Shown here: one piece after another, positions 1 through 13,186 of the stretch | Layout: every line of letters starts with the position of its first letter | How positions within the stretch are numbered: the first letter of the stretch is position 1 | Assembly (NCBI GenBank): GCA_018398765.1 | Contig: JAHBMJ010000123.1 | Span: 1-56,187, forward strand | DNA length: 56,187 bases | Reading direction: 5' to 3' | Origin: Chromera velia | Taxonomy: Eukaryota | Translations under genes and position numbers: made by a program | The notes under the pieces: model-generated | What the model was told of the DNA's origin: nothing | Database searches by the model: none | What the model saw: the letters and a program-made list of their open reading frames with translations, nothing else

Positions 1-338
1 AAAAGAAGAAAAAGAAGAAGAAGAAGAAGAAGAAGAAGAAGAAAAAGAAGAAGAAGAAGAAGAAGAAGAAGAAGACAAAGAAGAAGAAGAAGAAGAAGAA
101 AAAGAAGAAGAAGAAGAAGAAGAAGAAGAAGAAAAAGAAGAAGAAGAAGAAGAAGAAGAAGAAGAAAAAGAAGAAGAAGAAGAAGAAGAAGAAGAAGAAA
201 AAGAAAAAGAAGAAGAAGAAGAAGAAGAAGAAGAAGAAGAAGAAGAAGAAGAAGAAGAAGAAGAAGAAGAAGAAGAAGAAGAAGAAGAAGAAGAAGAAGA
301 AGAAAAAGAAGAAGAAGAAGAAGAAGAAGAAGAAGAAA
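1..338 (+). repeat. (GAA)n microsatellite
   Basis: Near-pure AAG/GAA tandem run with occasional AAA interruptions from the window start. Confidence 0.97.
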
Positions 339-967
339 AAGGAGGAGGAGGTCGGGGGGAAAAAGAGCGCTTCTGTGGATCGGAAGATTCGATGACGGTC
401 CTCTTCCTTCTGTCATACATTCTTCTTTGCCCCCTGTCCCTCCGGCTATGGCACTCTCCTGCACTCTCCTGACTATAAGAAGAAGGGGGATATAAGATGC
501 AGTCATCATCAGATGCAAAAGGAGCAAAGTATGAAAGAAAGCGCTCTTTCTTCTCAGATCGGGGAGGGAGAGAGGGCGAAAAGTTCCTTACGTTCCCTAA
601 TTTCTCACCCCCCCTCTTAACCAGGGTAAAAGGTCGCTCATGCACAGATACGAGAAAACATCCGGGTAATTCCGGGTAGATTGGCGGCAGTATTCAACTC
701 CCATGCATAACTTCTATTAATGACTCAGATATATGCAACTCTAGATGGCACTGCATCATGGCAGTAGTAGATGTAAACTGATAGTTTTTTGTTTTTCAAA
801 ATTTTTTCCTTTAGCTTTTCGTATGAGCTGTGACTATGACTATTACGCTTTTCGTACCAGCAAAGTGAAATTATGTGATGGCTAAACTAAATTAATTTGA
901 CAATTATACACACCATTTTATATTATTTATAGTGTAATTAAGAATGTAATTAATTATGTGATGGCTT

Positions 968-3526
968 AATGTCTTCCACCCGTATTGACACACGCAGATC
1001 GTCTCCCGATCGAGCCCCCGATTGTCAATGACCAGCCTGCCACGCCATATATTGATCAGGCGACAGATCTGATGCTGAGGTATTGAACCTGTTAACCGTA
1101 GCAGTGAACTGATCAGAAGAAGTCAGTGTTGCATGCGGTGACAAGAAAGAGGTCAAAAGATTCAAAGCCCGACAGACAGCAGAAAGAGCCCGCTTCCAAG
1201 CATGGTGAAAGTACGAGGAGAAAGGTCGGTACTTCATGTCCTTCCAGCTTGCTAGGGGTCTCCCCGTCTCATCCCATGACTTTCTTTTTGGCAGGGCCAC
1301 ATCCACCCCCCACTGATGCGTCTTCTTCCCTTTCGAAGGAAACGCTACAGCGACATCACTCAGAAAGGGAGAACACTGGGGCTAAAACCACTGATCTCTC
1401 ATTCTCAGCATTTCCTCCTCCGACAAAGCAATAAAAGCCTTTGACTGTAAAAACAATTTTGAGATACGGCTCAGATACCGTGCCTATATGCATTCGGACA
1501 CAAGAAGGTCAAATCTCTTTTCGATCGATCTCCCAACACGACAGACAACGACTTCCGAAGGTAGCGAACCAACCTGCCTGATGGTGAAGGGAGCGGCGGC
1601 AAGAAAGCATCATCAGCCCTCATCACCTCCTCCACTGCACCCTCAAACATGCCCCTCCATTTACCCATGCGCCCTTCAAGTAATTCATTTCTTGCACAGA
1701 CGCTCCCCTGACTGCTGCCCGGCAGGCGCGTAACAATCCTTTTTACTTCTTTTCTACATGCCTGCACAAACTCTTGGGCACTGCATAAGAACGGCAACTT
1801 GTAGTTCCACAAGGAAGGCAAACCCAACGCCTCCCTCAACTGAGGGGAAATCGACAGCAGAGCACACACATGACCTTCACAGTGCACCAGATCAAACTGC
1901 CAAATCAACTCCTTGCATGCACAATTATCTTTCCTCAGTAGATCAAACTCTGCATCCTTTTCTATGGTGGCCAACGGTGCTTCCTTCTCATTTGACAAAA
2001 GCCCGAGCAGCGTCGGCGACCTTGCCGTGCGAACTCTCAAGCGAAGGGCAAAAGGCAGAGCAAACGAAGAGAAAAATTTTGATAAACAGTGACGCACTGT
2101 CCGAAGCACAGGCGTAAGTAAGACATTCGGCATCCTGAAGTCAAAGGTAGGAACTGAAGACCAAACTTCAGGCAGACTCCATCCTTTTACTTGACACAGC
2201 GACCTGACATTTCGAATAAACAATCCACGAAAGAATTCTACATCAGCATTCGCGACTTCCTGCCTCACTGCAGCAATTAGATCTCTTCTATCTACCATGA
2301 ACTCTCTCAACAGCTTCTCTGACCTCTTCTTCCTGCCTAACAACACCCGCAGCCAGAGATGGTACGTAAGTGCTCCCACCCCTGATCCCGCCCCCACTCT
2401 ATCTACCTAAACAACAAAGTTTCTCTTTTCCCACCCTTTTGCTGGCACTTTCACAATCATATCTTGAAGAGACTGAGGACACAGCGGGCGGAACACCCTC
2501 CTCTTCCTTCTTTTCTTCTCCTTAACGCCTTAATTCTTCAGACTGCAGTCCACACCGCCTGTGCCTCGATCATTTCCAGGATCTTTACCCTGTACCAGTA
2601 TACAGATCATAGATTCATCCTTCTTTCATGGATTGCCTTTCACATTCAGTGGCGGCCTCAGCTGCAGTATAACCAATGCTTCTGTTGCCAATAACAACTT
2701 TTTTGATATCCAACCATGCTCATCAGCCACCTGGCAGACCGGCAACAACGTCTACAGATGCATCATCTTCTCATTGAACACTTCATACAGACGAGGCGCA
2801 GACTTCGCATGTCTGACTCCCCGACGCGTCGACGCATACGCAGCATTCACATGCCCTTTATTTCTGATCACTCCTCCCTGCCCAGTGCATCCAATGTACG
2901 GTCCTTTACGCATGAATAGACAAAACATCATGTACAACACATTCTTCTCATTCGACCACGCTTGAGTCGGAACTCCAAATGCTTGCAGACGATCACGTAC
3001 AGACTTGAGATAGAAAGCAAACTTGGTCGGGCAAACACCCAACCACCGTTCTAACCATTCAACAAACAAAGAATCAGCCGCATCCAGCAGCAGCCGCTGG
3101 ACGTGTTGAAACCTCCAGAGTGACGCACCTGAAGGGTCACCCCGGGAGTCAGCAAGTTCCAAGCAGCGCTACACTTTAATCTTCACTTTCCCTCCACCTA
3201 CAAACCAATTCTAGCGGCAATTCCAGCAATAAAGCACAATGACAACGCTGCACACACTCAAGACACACAGGCCACATCACCGCCATTCGATCATGGAGAA
3301 GCTGTAGCAAGAATGACCTCACAGCACCTAGATGAAGGAAGGCCAGAGATAACGGGTCTTTCTGTTTCCACTCAAAACAGCATCCCTCCAAGAACGAATA
3401 GTCGGAGAACACAAGCATCCCAAGCCTTTGGAGCTCCTCTATCATCCTTCACAGTGCCCAGCTTGTTGTCGGGATCCTTACAGCCCAAGGATCGAGCACA
3501 TACTCCAGCCTTGCAGTAGAGCTCAT
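968..3526 (-). mobile_element. Degenerate Penelope-like retroelement with N-terminal GIY-YIG endonuclease, RT truncated
   Basis: Minus-strand fragments in order: ATG 3526; GIY-YIG motifs NVLY..PYIGCTG..R..H and, past a TAG, E..I..LRPPLN (~2960-2640); basic KEKKRRKRR patch; CAC..GHV motif; VVLGDRSK (DKG-like); KYRPFSS RT N-terminal motif; ends at EDIK near 970. Several stops and frameshifts. Confidence 0.75.
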
Positions 3527-4642
3527 CCCAGCTTCACAGAACCTAAGCACACAACCCTGCGAAGACAGAACCCGTAAACCAAACCTGAAGTAGCTGAAAG
3601 CTGAAAGAAGGAATCTAAAAGAAGGAATCTGAACAAAAAACTGAACTTAGACTGAATAAACTGTTGCGCTGTGATCTTTCCCACCGGAACTCACAACGCT
3701 AAACCAAAGTATAGTTTTTGGAAGGAGATTAGGCTACAGGTACTTCACTGTGCCATACCTTCTTTCACGGTCTTTGTTTTTGTGACTGTCCGATGCAAAG
3801 ATGCTTCAATCTAACAGACTAGCTGAAAGAAGACGTCTGGCTTGGTCAATCATAATGGTTATGCATACTTCACGCACATGCACAAATTGATTTTTGTAGT
3901 TGCATGCGCATGCGTGCAGATTATTTTCGCTTACGTGTGCATACGTTTGACCGCGAAAAGAGACACACATATGACGCCAAGTTTGACAATGAACTATACC
4001 CTATAAAAATATTATGAAATATTCTTAAATATTGTTAAATATTATTGATCGATGACTCATTAATTAGTCACAAGAATTAAATTTTGTTTTGTAACATATT
4101 TATATTTTTACCTATACATTCAATATGACTAAACTAAAATTATGACATAACTTTATGAACTATCAGAAGTCTAACGCTTTAGTTTTCATGCTTTAAACTA
4201 TTATATTTCTCGAAAAAAAAAGGTAAAATTTTTTTAGTGATCACTCACAGGTTACTATATGATCCATGCATATTTTATTTTTTAGTGATTTTTCTCATTA
4301 ATTTTACCCATATTTATTCATATTTTCTTAAAGTCAGAATATTTAAAGATTTAAAAGTTTTACATACTTTAGAACGTTCTTGCACTGTTCTTTAAGTTTC
4401 AATTATGATGTTCCACTAAACCATTCTTCTGAAAGTGAAATATTTGGTCAGTTATGAATTATTGAGGTAGTAGCCCTGGTAACTATAGAATCATCATAAA
4501 GAGGTGACTCCTCTTCTCTTAAGTGAGCGCGCTTAGTTCGGTTACATCTCTACTACGGAAAGTCTGTCAGTTCAAGGTTCACTTCCAAGCTGCTTCTAGA
4601 AGCTTTGCAAGTAAGTGTTGTTTACTTAATCCACGCTATACG

Positions 4643-5836
4643 CAGCTGACTGAATTAATTCTATTTTATTTCTATTTTATTTGTTTCTTTTCTGATACAG
4701 ACTAGCATGGCGGCGCCTCCATGAGCCTGCGTGCGTGTGTTAGTCTCTGAGCTGTAGGCGTCCCGTGTAGCGGCAGTGCACGTTAGTTCGGCTCACCCTG
4801 GGATTGGCCGGTTCAGTGGCTTGCTACCTCCCTAAACCTAATGTCCACTTGAAAAAAAAATATCAAGATCGTCCGCGCCTGCGGTATGGCCAATCAAGTC
4901 TATCCAAATTTACGGCCTAGCAAATCTTATTCAAAGAATATAAAAACAAATTAAAAAATAATAAAGTATAAATAAATCGATATATTGCCCGGTGGCTGCC
5001 TTTGCCTTTGCAAAGACAGGGTTCTCACCCTTGAAAATAGGGGGGACGTTGATTTTTTATTGCGGCGGGGGCTTGTAAGGCCAGGACAAGGAACTGTAGA
5101 GAGCGCGCGAGTGCCCTCGCTTGACTTCTATCTGAAAGGCTGACGAGGGATCTATCGTCGGGATTCTCGAGATCGAACTCTCTTACCGACTCAGCATTCT
5201 TCATGCCGACTGCTTCTCTGAGTTTGGTGTATACCTCCTGCCGCTTGTCGGCCTTTCCGAGGGGCCTTTCTAGAGCCTTGAACATGCTTTGCAAGAAGGC
5301 GGGGTCTTTCTTCGACATGTTGAAAGAGTAACCCCGAGGGTGGAGTTGGGGGTCCGGGTGTTGCACGAGGAGTTTCCTGTCAGAAAGCCTTCTGCCAGTC
5401 TCAGTTTCTCTTAGACTCCGGCAAAGCAAGATCAACTACCAACACTTTGTAAACAATACTTCTGATGTTGTGAATCTTTCTTCTGTTGGGTCACGTTGGG
5501 TACTCTGAGAGGCAAGGTAATTGAACGAAAAGTCTGAAAGTCGGAACTTCAAAGTCCGTCAATCTTGTCATTTTTTTTTCTTCAGGGTTGTTTGCATACA
5601 CGTGCACTTTGGGAGATGGGTGGACACGCATGCAGCTACGATTTTTTAGATACCGACGATTTTTTAGACACCTGCATACGGCGCTGCCTTTCAAGACGCT
5701 GCCCGCGCCTGCGGCATGGGCCTTCAAGATACCGCCCATGCCTGTGGCACGGGGGTTCAAGCCTATCTAAAAATGCGGCCCCACCATTCAAGTAGATCTT
5801 AGGTTCAAGGAGGTATGGCTCGCCTCACTGTGTTAT
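4643..5836 (-). repeat. 3' LTR of element 1, interrupted by a TIR insertion
   Basis: Matches 11624-11819 on both sides of the 4825-5815 insertion; purine tract AGGGGGAG just upstream on the minus strand (~5843-5850). Confidence 0.75.
4825..5815. mobile_element. Non-autonomous TIR element family A, copy 1 (8-bp TSD, hAT-like)
   Basis: TIR TACCTCCCTAAACCTAA..ACTTGAA / TTCAAGT..TTAGGTTCAAGGAGGTA; TSD TGGCTTGC/TGGCTCGC; empty site present in the paralogous LTR near 11800. Confidence 0.9.
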
Positions 5837-8610
5837 GTGCTGCTCCCCCTTGGAGCATGTATGCCATGTGCTCTGTCCTTTTTCTCAACCTTTCTGCAGT
5901 TAACTGCCAACCAAAATTGACCGTACAATTCTTGTCTATTCATTTTGATCATCGCTTGAATTCTTCGATTTTTTCTTTCGCATTTTGGAGGTGGGAGGCT
6001 GGCGGTATTAGGTTCCTCTGCCTCTTCCCGGAACACCAAGGACCTTTTCGACTTCATACTCTTCGTCGGCTCAGGAAGGCAATCGGACGGCCGGACGGCC
6101 CTATCCTTCGTGGCAGTACAGCTTGCACAGCGATGTATGCTACACGGTGTGCACATGGGGGTCTTTGCGGCTTCCCGCTGGCAGATCAGGACTGATCGAA
6201 CTGGATCACTTCGAAGGGAAACATTGGGCTTTGCAGCAGTTGCCCAGCAGGAGCGATGGACAAGCACATAGTCCCCCACCTTGATGTCGTTGGTTGGGCG
6301 GCGTCGTCTGTTGGCATTTCGGATCTGACTGGACTGGGCTGCTTCGAGAGAGGCACGGGTGGCCTCAATGGCTTCTCTGTGTTCTTTCAAAAAGTCAGAG
6401 GCCTCGGGGGAAGGCTGGACCGAAAGAGAAAGAGAAAGAGCAGGGAGCGTGAGGGGTTCTCTTCCGTGTTCGAGCTGAAAGAGAGAGCGACCTGTCCCAA
6501 CATGAACAGATGTGTTGCATGCAAACTCAAGGGACGGGATGAATTCCGCCCATCGGTGATACTGGGTCTCAACGAGGCAACAAAGAGCCTCCTTGATTGT
6601 TCGATTCATGTGTTCTGCCGACCCTGGTGCATCGTGGTGCGCCGTTGTGGAAAATGATAGGTGCGTGCCCGAAAGGGTGTGTAGGGTCTGCCAGAATCGA
6701 GACAGAAAACGGAGGTTTCCATCACTGAGGATCGTGTGCTACCACCCCTTCTTCACTGACATTTTCGTAACATAGCCGGCCTGCCTGTTCTGCTGTTACT
6801 GTGGTGTGGGTCTAGATTAAGCATACCCCTTTTAACAAAGAGTCAGTCACAACTATAAGACAGTGACTGTCGAACTGTTCATCCCCGGAGGCGGGCAATC
6901 CAACGAGGAAGTCAATTTGAGTGACTTCCCATGGGTGGTTGGGAACAGGGAGCGGTCGGAGAAGACCAAGTGGCACTCGGCTGGGAGCTTTGCTTCTCTG
7001 ACAGAGATCACAGGAACAAACGAATCTGCGTATATCTCTCTATATCTGAGGCCAGAAGTATCTCTCTGCCATTCGACTGTAGGTTTTCCCGACCCCGAAG
7101 TGCGCACTCTTGGGAGATGAGTAGCTCTCCCAAATAAGAGCCTGGCGCTGTGAGCGAGGGATATAAAGGCGGTCCCCCCGGAACAACAGACCATCTCTCA
7201 GAGAGAGACCTTTTAAATGGGGCACCAGATGAGGGGAGGGAAGTCTGTTTAGGGAATTCTTCAGGTGAGCATGCACCGGGGCAAACCAGGGATCGTTTAC
7301 ATACTCCTCTCTGCAGCGCCTCTGCAGATTAACATCTCCCTTAACCTTCAAAGTTGTCCGACACTGACGCTGCTCAGTGCTCCCGTGTCTCCCCTCCAAA
7401 GAACGGGTCTCGCCAATAACTGCCCCCTCATCCTCATACTCAGGTTCAAGCCTGGAGACCTCATCGTCGTCAGGACTGTTGGCCTGACTGACCGTCGGCG
7501 GGGTAGGTTGCCTCACCCTGACAGATGGTAAAGGAGCAGAAGCTTAAGAGAGGACTGGACCAAAGGAGGCGGATTGTGGGAAAGTGCATCGGCAATGGTG
7601 TTCGCCCTCCCCCTAGCCCTCCCTGGAATATAATTGATCGGAACCGCCAATTCCTCCAGAAACTCAATCCACTGTCTCACACGCAGACTGCAGTGCTCAA
7701 ACGACTTCCCCAAGTTCTCCAAACTCTTATGGTCTGTCCAAAACTCCGACCCGGGCATCAGGAAATGACGCCAAACCTTTGCAAAATGGACATCGCCAAC
7801 AGCTCTAACTCCCTCACTAGGTAGTATGCCTCAGTGAGGGTCAGACGGCGGGAGCTGAAGGCAAGCGGATGGTATGCCCCTGTCTTCTGACAGCGCTGAA
7901 TGGCAACAGTTACTGCCCCAATGGCTTAATGCGACTGTGAGGCGTCGTATGCAATGTAGACAGGCTGACTGGGGTCAGGCAGTACAAGGGTGGCAAGCTC
8001 AAAGATAGCTTTCTTTAGAGTAACGATCGAATGTCTGATCGTGCACAGGCTCCCACACAAAGGGGACTGAGGTGCGGAGAAGAGAGAGAAGGGGAGAAAC
8101 AACCTGGCTGTACCCCCTAACAAACTTCCGAAACCAATTCTGTAACTCCAAAAACTGACGCAGTGAAGTGCGGTCGGTCGGCTTGGGGAAGTCCTAGAGT
8201 CCCTGCACCTTTTCAGATGCAGGCTTGAATCCACCTTCACTGATGACCAGCCCCAGGAACTTGGCTTCGGTCCGGAACCAATCACACTTTGACAGTTTGA
8301 CATAGAGAGACTCGTCGGCGAGGAGCTGGAGGACGGCCTCCACGTCTCTCTCGTGTTCTTCAGGAGTGCGGCTGAAAATCAGGAGATCATCAATAAATAT
8401 AATTACACACCTGTCTAACAAAGGGCGCAATGTCTTATTGATCATATGTATACTGATACCAGGCGCATTGCAGTAGCCAAATGGCATGACCAGCCACTCA
8501 AACGTGCTGTACCTTGTTACAAAAGCGGTCTTCTCTTCATCGCCCTCGGCCATCCGGATCTGATGGAAGTATTGTCTTAAGTCGAGAGACGAGAAGTACT
8601 TGGCCCTGTG

Positions 8611-9475
8611 CAGGGCAACCAAAAGATGGTACAGTGTTTTTTGATTTTTCCAGCAAAAGACGGTACGATTACGGTACAATAGCCCCCCAAGACCATCTTA
8701 GGAAAATCTATACACTTAAACTAAAGTCTCAAAGAAAAAAGAATCAAAACTCTAGAGAGTCTAATAATCTAAAATAATATAGAACTTGTTCACATCTATG
8801 AAGTTTGAACAAAATAATTTACAGAGCATTAAGACGCTCTGGTGAGCGTCTACATAAACATAAAACTGGTGAGGATACACAGGAAGGAGGGGGGGGTGAA
8901 GAAAAGGGGTGTTTAGAGGGGGGAGGCAGAGGGCCTCCCGATATGGCAGGACGGTGCGGTCATCGAGGAGGTTGGGGGGGATGAAGTCTTTGCTGAGCGT
9001 CTGGCTGCTCTTGGGCTTAAGCCTGTGAAGCCTTTCTCCAACTCTGATGAGGAAACTTGAAGGGAAGCAGTGGGAAAGGGAAGGGAGGCAGTGGCTAGCA
9101 GTGGCTGACGTTCTAACCTGACCACTCAAATTTAGTCTAAAAAGAAGCCTTGAACCGTTCATCATCCTGGGGCCGCTGCGTTGCCTCTGCTTGTTTGTTT
9201 TGTGTTCTCTCCTTTTTTTGAATGTCTGACAGACCTCCAGCACAGACAAGCTGCTAGTCTTTGGGTTGGATAATCATAATAAATGGTTTATATTATAATT
9301 TTAGTGTTTAGTTGTGCTTACACGATGCTGTGTTAGCCTATGTAGACCCTTAGAAGCCTATAAATTATTTTTTTATATATAGGTAGTGTATTATAGTACG
9401 GTGTTTTTTCATTTTTTAAAAAAATCGTACAAGACGGCATAATACTGCGTAGTACGGTGTTTTTTAGATGCCCTA
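8611..9475. mobile_element. hAT-like non-autonomous element inserted in the RT of LTR element 1
   Basis: Termini CAGGGCAACCAAAA / TTTTAGATGCCCTA, TSD GCCCTGTG/GCCCCGTG, subterminal ACGGTAC-like repeats; removing it restores LHGAKYFSSLDL. Confidence 0.9.
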
Positions 9476-11623
9476 GCCCCGTGTAGGTGGGAAATCAAGT
9501 CATCCGGATGCGGCAGGGGATATCTGTCCCTCACATAGGTCTTGTTCAGCTGCGTGTAATCAATACACATACGCTGAGTGCCATTAGCCTTCGTAATAAA
9601 AAGGACAGGGGCAGCAAACGGGGAGTTGGAAGGGCAGATCTGACCCTTGGCCAAGTATGACTCCAACTGTTTTCGGAGCTCATTGAGCTGCCCGTAGATG
9701 AGCCTATACGGAGCTTAAGCAAGGGGATGGTGACCTGGCTCGAGTTTGATGTGATACTCGACTTGCCTCTTGGGCAAGAGGGCGAGAATCTCATTTGGGA
9801 AGATGCTGAAATGCTTCTCCAGAACCTTTCTCATCCCTGGCTTCATTCCTTCCTCCTGCACCTCCCTGTGGAAATCTGTATAATTATCCGAATTGACTGG
9901 GTGATCGGGCGAGAACGACAAGAGAGGCGGGGGCCTCTGTATCTTGGCTCCTTGGATTTGGTTGACCTCCAGGGGGGAGGAAACGGAGGGAAGAGATCGG
10001 ACCTCAAGACAATAGCACTAAAAGGTGGTAGATTGCTTCTTGGAAAGCCTACGGATCTCTCTGTAGGCCAGGGGCTCAGGCTCGGCCCCCAGAAATTATG
10101 TGGTAGACTTCTAAGTTATACAATATGAACTACGACCCGGAGGGAGAACGATCTGCAGCGATGAAGAGGGACTTTGCTTCGAAATCGGGAAGGGGTTTGA
10201 AGGTCTCACAGAAAAGCATTCGCAGGACCACATCATAATCCTCGTCCAGATCAAGTACAGTCATGGTCAGGGGGGCTGCGAAGTCCTGAATTCTCAGATC
10301 GATGTCAGGCGCCTCCCATTAGACAGTAGTCAAAAGAGCCTGCATACCATCGAGACGGATGCCTTCTTTGCACGTGGAGGGCTCCAAAGCAGACGAACAG
10401 AACTTCCCAGTCTCAACGACTCTCTTGCTCACATAAATGGAGTCCGCCCCTGGATCCCATAGGGCACGGATCGGGATGTTATTTGCTGTGCCGTAGAAGG
10501 TGATCAATTTCCCCCTCCTGCCTGTCCTGCCCCCAGTCGTGGAGTATATCCTTTTCGGGGGTGCATTCTGCTGCTGGCGCTGTGACCACTGGGGAGGGTT
10601 CCCCTGGAACTGCAGTGATGGGCACAGTCCAGGGGGAGGCATAAGCCCCTGCAGGATGACTGGATTCTAGACTGGATTCCTCCATTGCCCCTGTACCGAA
10701 CCACCGTAGTGCTGCTGCACCCCACTCTGTAGGTTGTGTATGCGTCTTTGACCTCTGTAGAAATTTCTCTGACCCCCATGACCCCTAGGACCTTATTGCT
10801 GCTATTGCTGCTTACAGTTCCTGCACTGGCGTGTAGAGTGTCCCACCGCATGACAATTGAAGCACCTATTCTCCTGAATGTGCCTCTTGATCTCTTCTTG
10901 GGAAAGGGAATAAATTCGGGAGATTCAGTTGAGATCCATCGGGACGGGCCCATCGTTCGATTGGGACTGAGGTCATAAAGGCGGGTGTGAATCACTGCGC
11001 CCGTCTCTACCCTGGCCCCCGTAGTCTTTCTTTCTCCCCCCACTTAACAGTTGCTCGGCTTCCTCTGCATCCTTCATCGCAACATCGAGACTGTCAGGCT
11101 TCCTTCTCCTCACTTCCTTCCTCACCTCATCCGCAAGGCCCCAAATGTAGTCATACATTAAATCGATCTCACTCACATCAACGATTCCTTCTACAATATC
11201 GTTGAATCGGATAGGGTACTTGTGAACCCCCTCATTACCCTGACAACGGACGTTTCGGACTTCCGCTTTCAAGTCTGTCTGTTTGTTGGGATCGGGGAAA
11301 CGCTCGGACAGACGGGTAAAGAGATCTTCTACGTTGACAAAAGGAGAGGTAGACCTCTATGTCTTGTCATACCATTGCTTGAGGAATTGGGAGAAGTATT
11401 GACACACAGACCCCAACTGCTTCGACACTTAAATATCTGAGAGCTGTATGTATTCCCTCATATCCGCGACCCAACCTTCGAGCAACTTCCAGTCCCCATG
11501 AAATACCGGTGGCTCTTTTATCTTGAAGTTCAACCGCTAGGGAGGCAGAGAATTCGGCTGTTGATTCATCCGCTCCTGCTGCTGCTGCTACTGCTGCTGT
11601 TCTAGTGTCTGCTGCTGCTGATA

Positions 11624-11819
11624 CAGCTGACTGAATTAATTCCATTTTATTTCTATTTTATTTGTTTCTTTTCTAATACAGACTGGCATGGCGGCGCCTC
11701 CATGAGCCTGCGTGTGTGTGTTAGTCTCTGAGCTGCGGGCGTCCCATGTGGCGGCGGTGCGCGTTAGTTCGGCTCACCTCGGGATTAGCCGGTCCCGTAG
11801 CTCGCCTCACTATGCTACG
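11624..11819 (-). repeat. 5' LTR remnant of element 1
   Basis: Direct repeat of 4643-4824 plus 5816-5836; abuts gag directly, with no PBS seen. Confidence 0.7.
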
Positions 11820-12278
11820 ATCTTGAACTTGCCAAATTATTATTTTTTTCATGATTTAGAATAGGTTTGGAGCTGAAACATAGTGTGGCTAGGATTTCAA
11901 TAGATAAACAATGTTGTTGGCGATAGCGATTAGCTGTAAGAGAATCAAAAAAAATTTTTTTGGTTAGATCTATATAGCACGATATTTGTGGTTACGTGAC
12001 TACTAGAACTGTTATTTTTAGACTAAACAACTTGTTTTTCTTTCTACATTATGTTAAGAAAGGACTTCATTTCATGATAAAACTTTAAAAACAAACAAAA
12101 AAAATATTTTTACTTTTATTATAATTTTACCATATTTTATCACCAGAAAAATCCTTAAGTAAAAAATGGTGACTGAAATATTTTGCGTCACTCACTAAAA
12201 TTGCATTGATCAACTGTATTTTCTGCCTTCCATGCACCCTGTCAGACGTTTGTAGAGTATCAGCTTTCAACATCCTCT

Positions 12279-13186
12279 TACCTCTCTGAACCTAATATCC
12301 ACTTGAAAAAAAAAATATTAAGATCGTCCGCGCCTGCGGTGTGGCCAATCAAGTCTATCCAAATTTACGGCCTAGCAAATCTTATTCAAAGAATATAAAA
12401 ACAAATTAAAAAATAATAAAGTATAAATAAATCGATATATTGCCCGGTGGCTGCCTTTGCCTTTGCAAAGACAGGGTTCTCACCCTTGAAAATAGGGGGG
12501 ACGTTGATTTTTTATTGTGGCGGGGGCTTGTGAGGCCAGGACAGGGGACTGTAGAGAGCGCGCGAGTGCCCTCGCTTGACTTCTATCTGAAAGGCTGACG
12601 AGGGATCTATCGTCGGGATTCTCGAGATCGAACTCTCTTACCGACTCAGCATTCTTCATGCCGACTGCTTCTCTGAGTTTGGTGTATACCTCCTGCCGCT
12701 TGTCGGCCTTTCCGAGGGGCCTTTCTAGAGCCTTGAACATGCTTTGCAAGAAGGCGGGGTCTTTCTTCGACATGTTGAAGGAGTAACCCCGAGGGTGCCA
12801 GTCTCAGTTTCTCTTAGACTCCGGCAAAGCAAGATCAACTACCAACACTTTGTAAACAATACTTCTGATGTTGTGAATCCTTCTTCTGTTGGGTCACGTT
12901 GGGTACTCTGAAAGGCAAGGTAATTGAACGAAAAGTCTGAGAGTCAGAACTTCAAAGTCCGTCAATCTCGTCAATTTTTTTTTCTTCAGAGTTGTTTGCA
13001 TATACGTGCACTTCGGAAAACGGGTGGACACGCATGCAGCTGCGATTCTTTAGACACCTGCGATTTTTTAGACACCTGCATGCGGCGCTGCCTTTCAAGA
13101 CACCGGCCGCACCTGCGGCGCGGGCGTTCAAGCCTATCTAAAAATGCGGCCCCACCATTCAAGTGGATCTTAGGTTCAGGGAAGTA
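12279..13186. mobile_element. Non-autonomous TIR element family A, copy 2
   Basis: Near-full paralog of 4825-5815 with the same TIRs; perfect 8-bp TSD CATCCTCT; ~52-bp internal deletion and one fewer subterminal repeat. Confidence 0.92.

Larger units (their letters stand above)
4551..11819 (-). mobile_element. Ty3/gypsy (chromovirus-type) LTR retrotransposon 1, degenerate
   Basis: Minus strand: gag with CCHC-type knuckle (~10700-11645), protease LWDPGADS, RT (RMCIDY, KTAFVTRY, MPFG, FIDD), RNase H ([19 protein letters not shown]), integrase (HFGVGKT, GDYVLV), chromodomain start EEYEVEKV near 6050. Direct repeats ~4643-5836 (interrupted) and ~11624-11819; possible TSD ATCTC/ATCTT. Confidence 0.93.

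Noticed and set aside
490..520. CTGATGA on the minus strand as a PLE hammerhead ribozyme
   Set aside because: No properly placed GAAA or stems identified.
1025..3451. In-frame TGA in the PLE as selenocysteine, as in some Naiads
   Set aside because: TAG, TAA and frameshifts also occur, so simple decay explains them.
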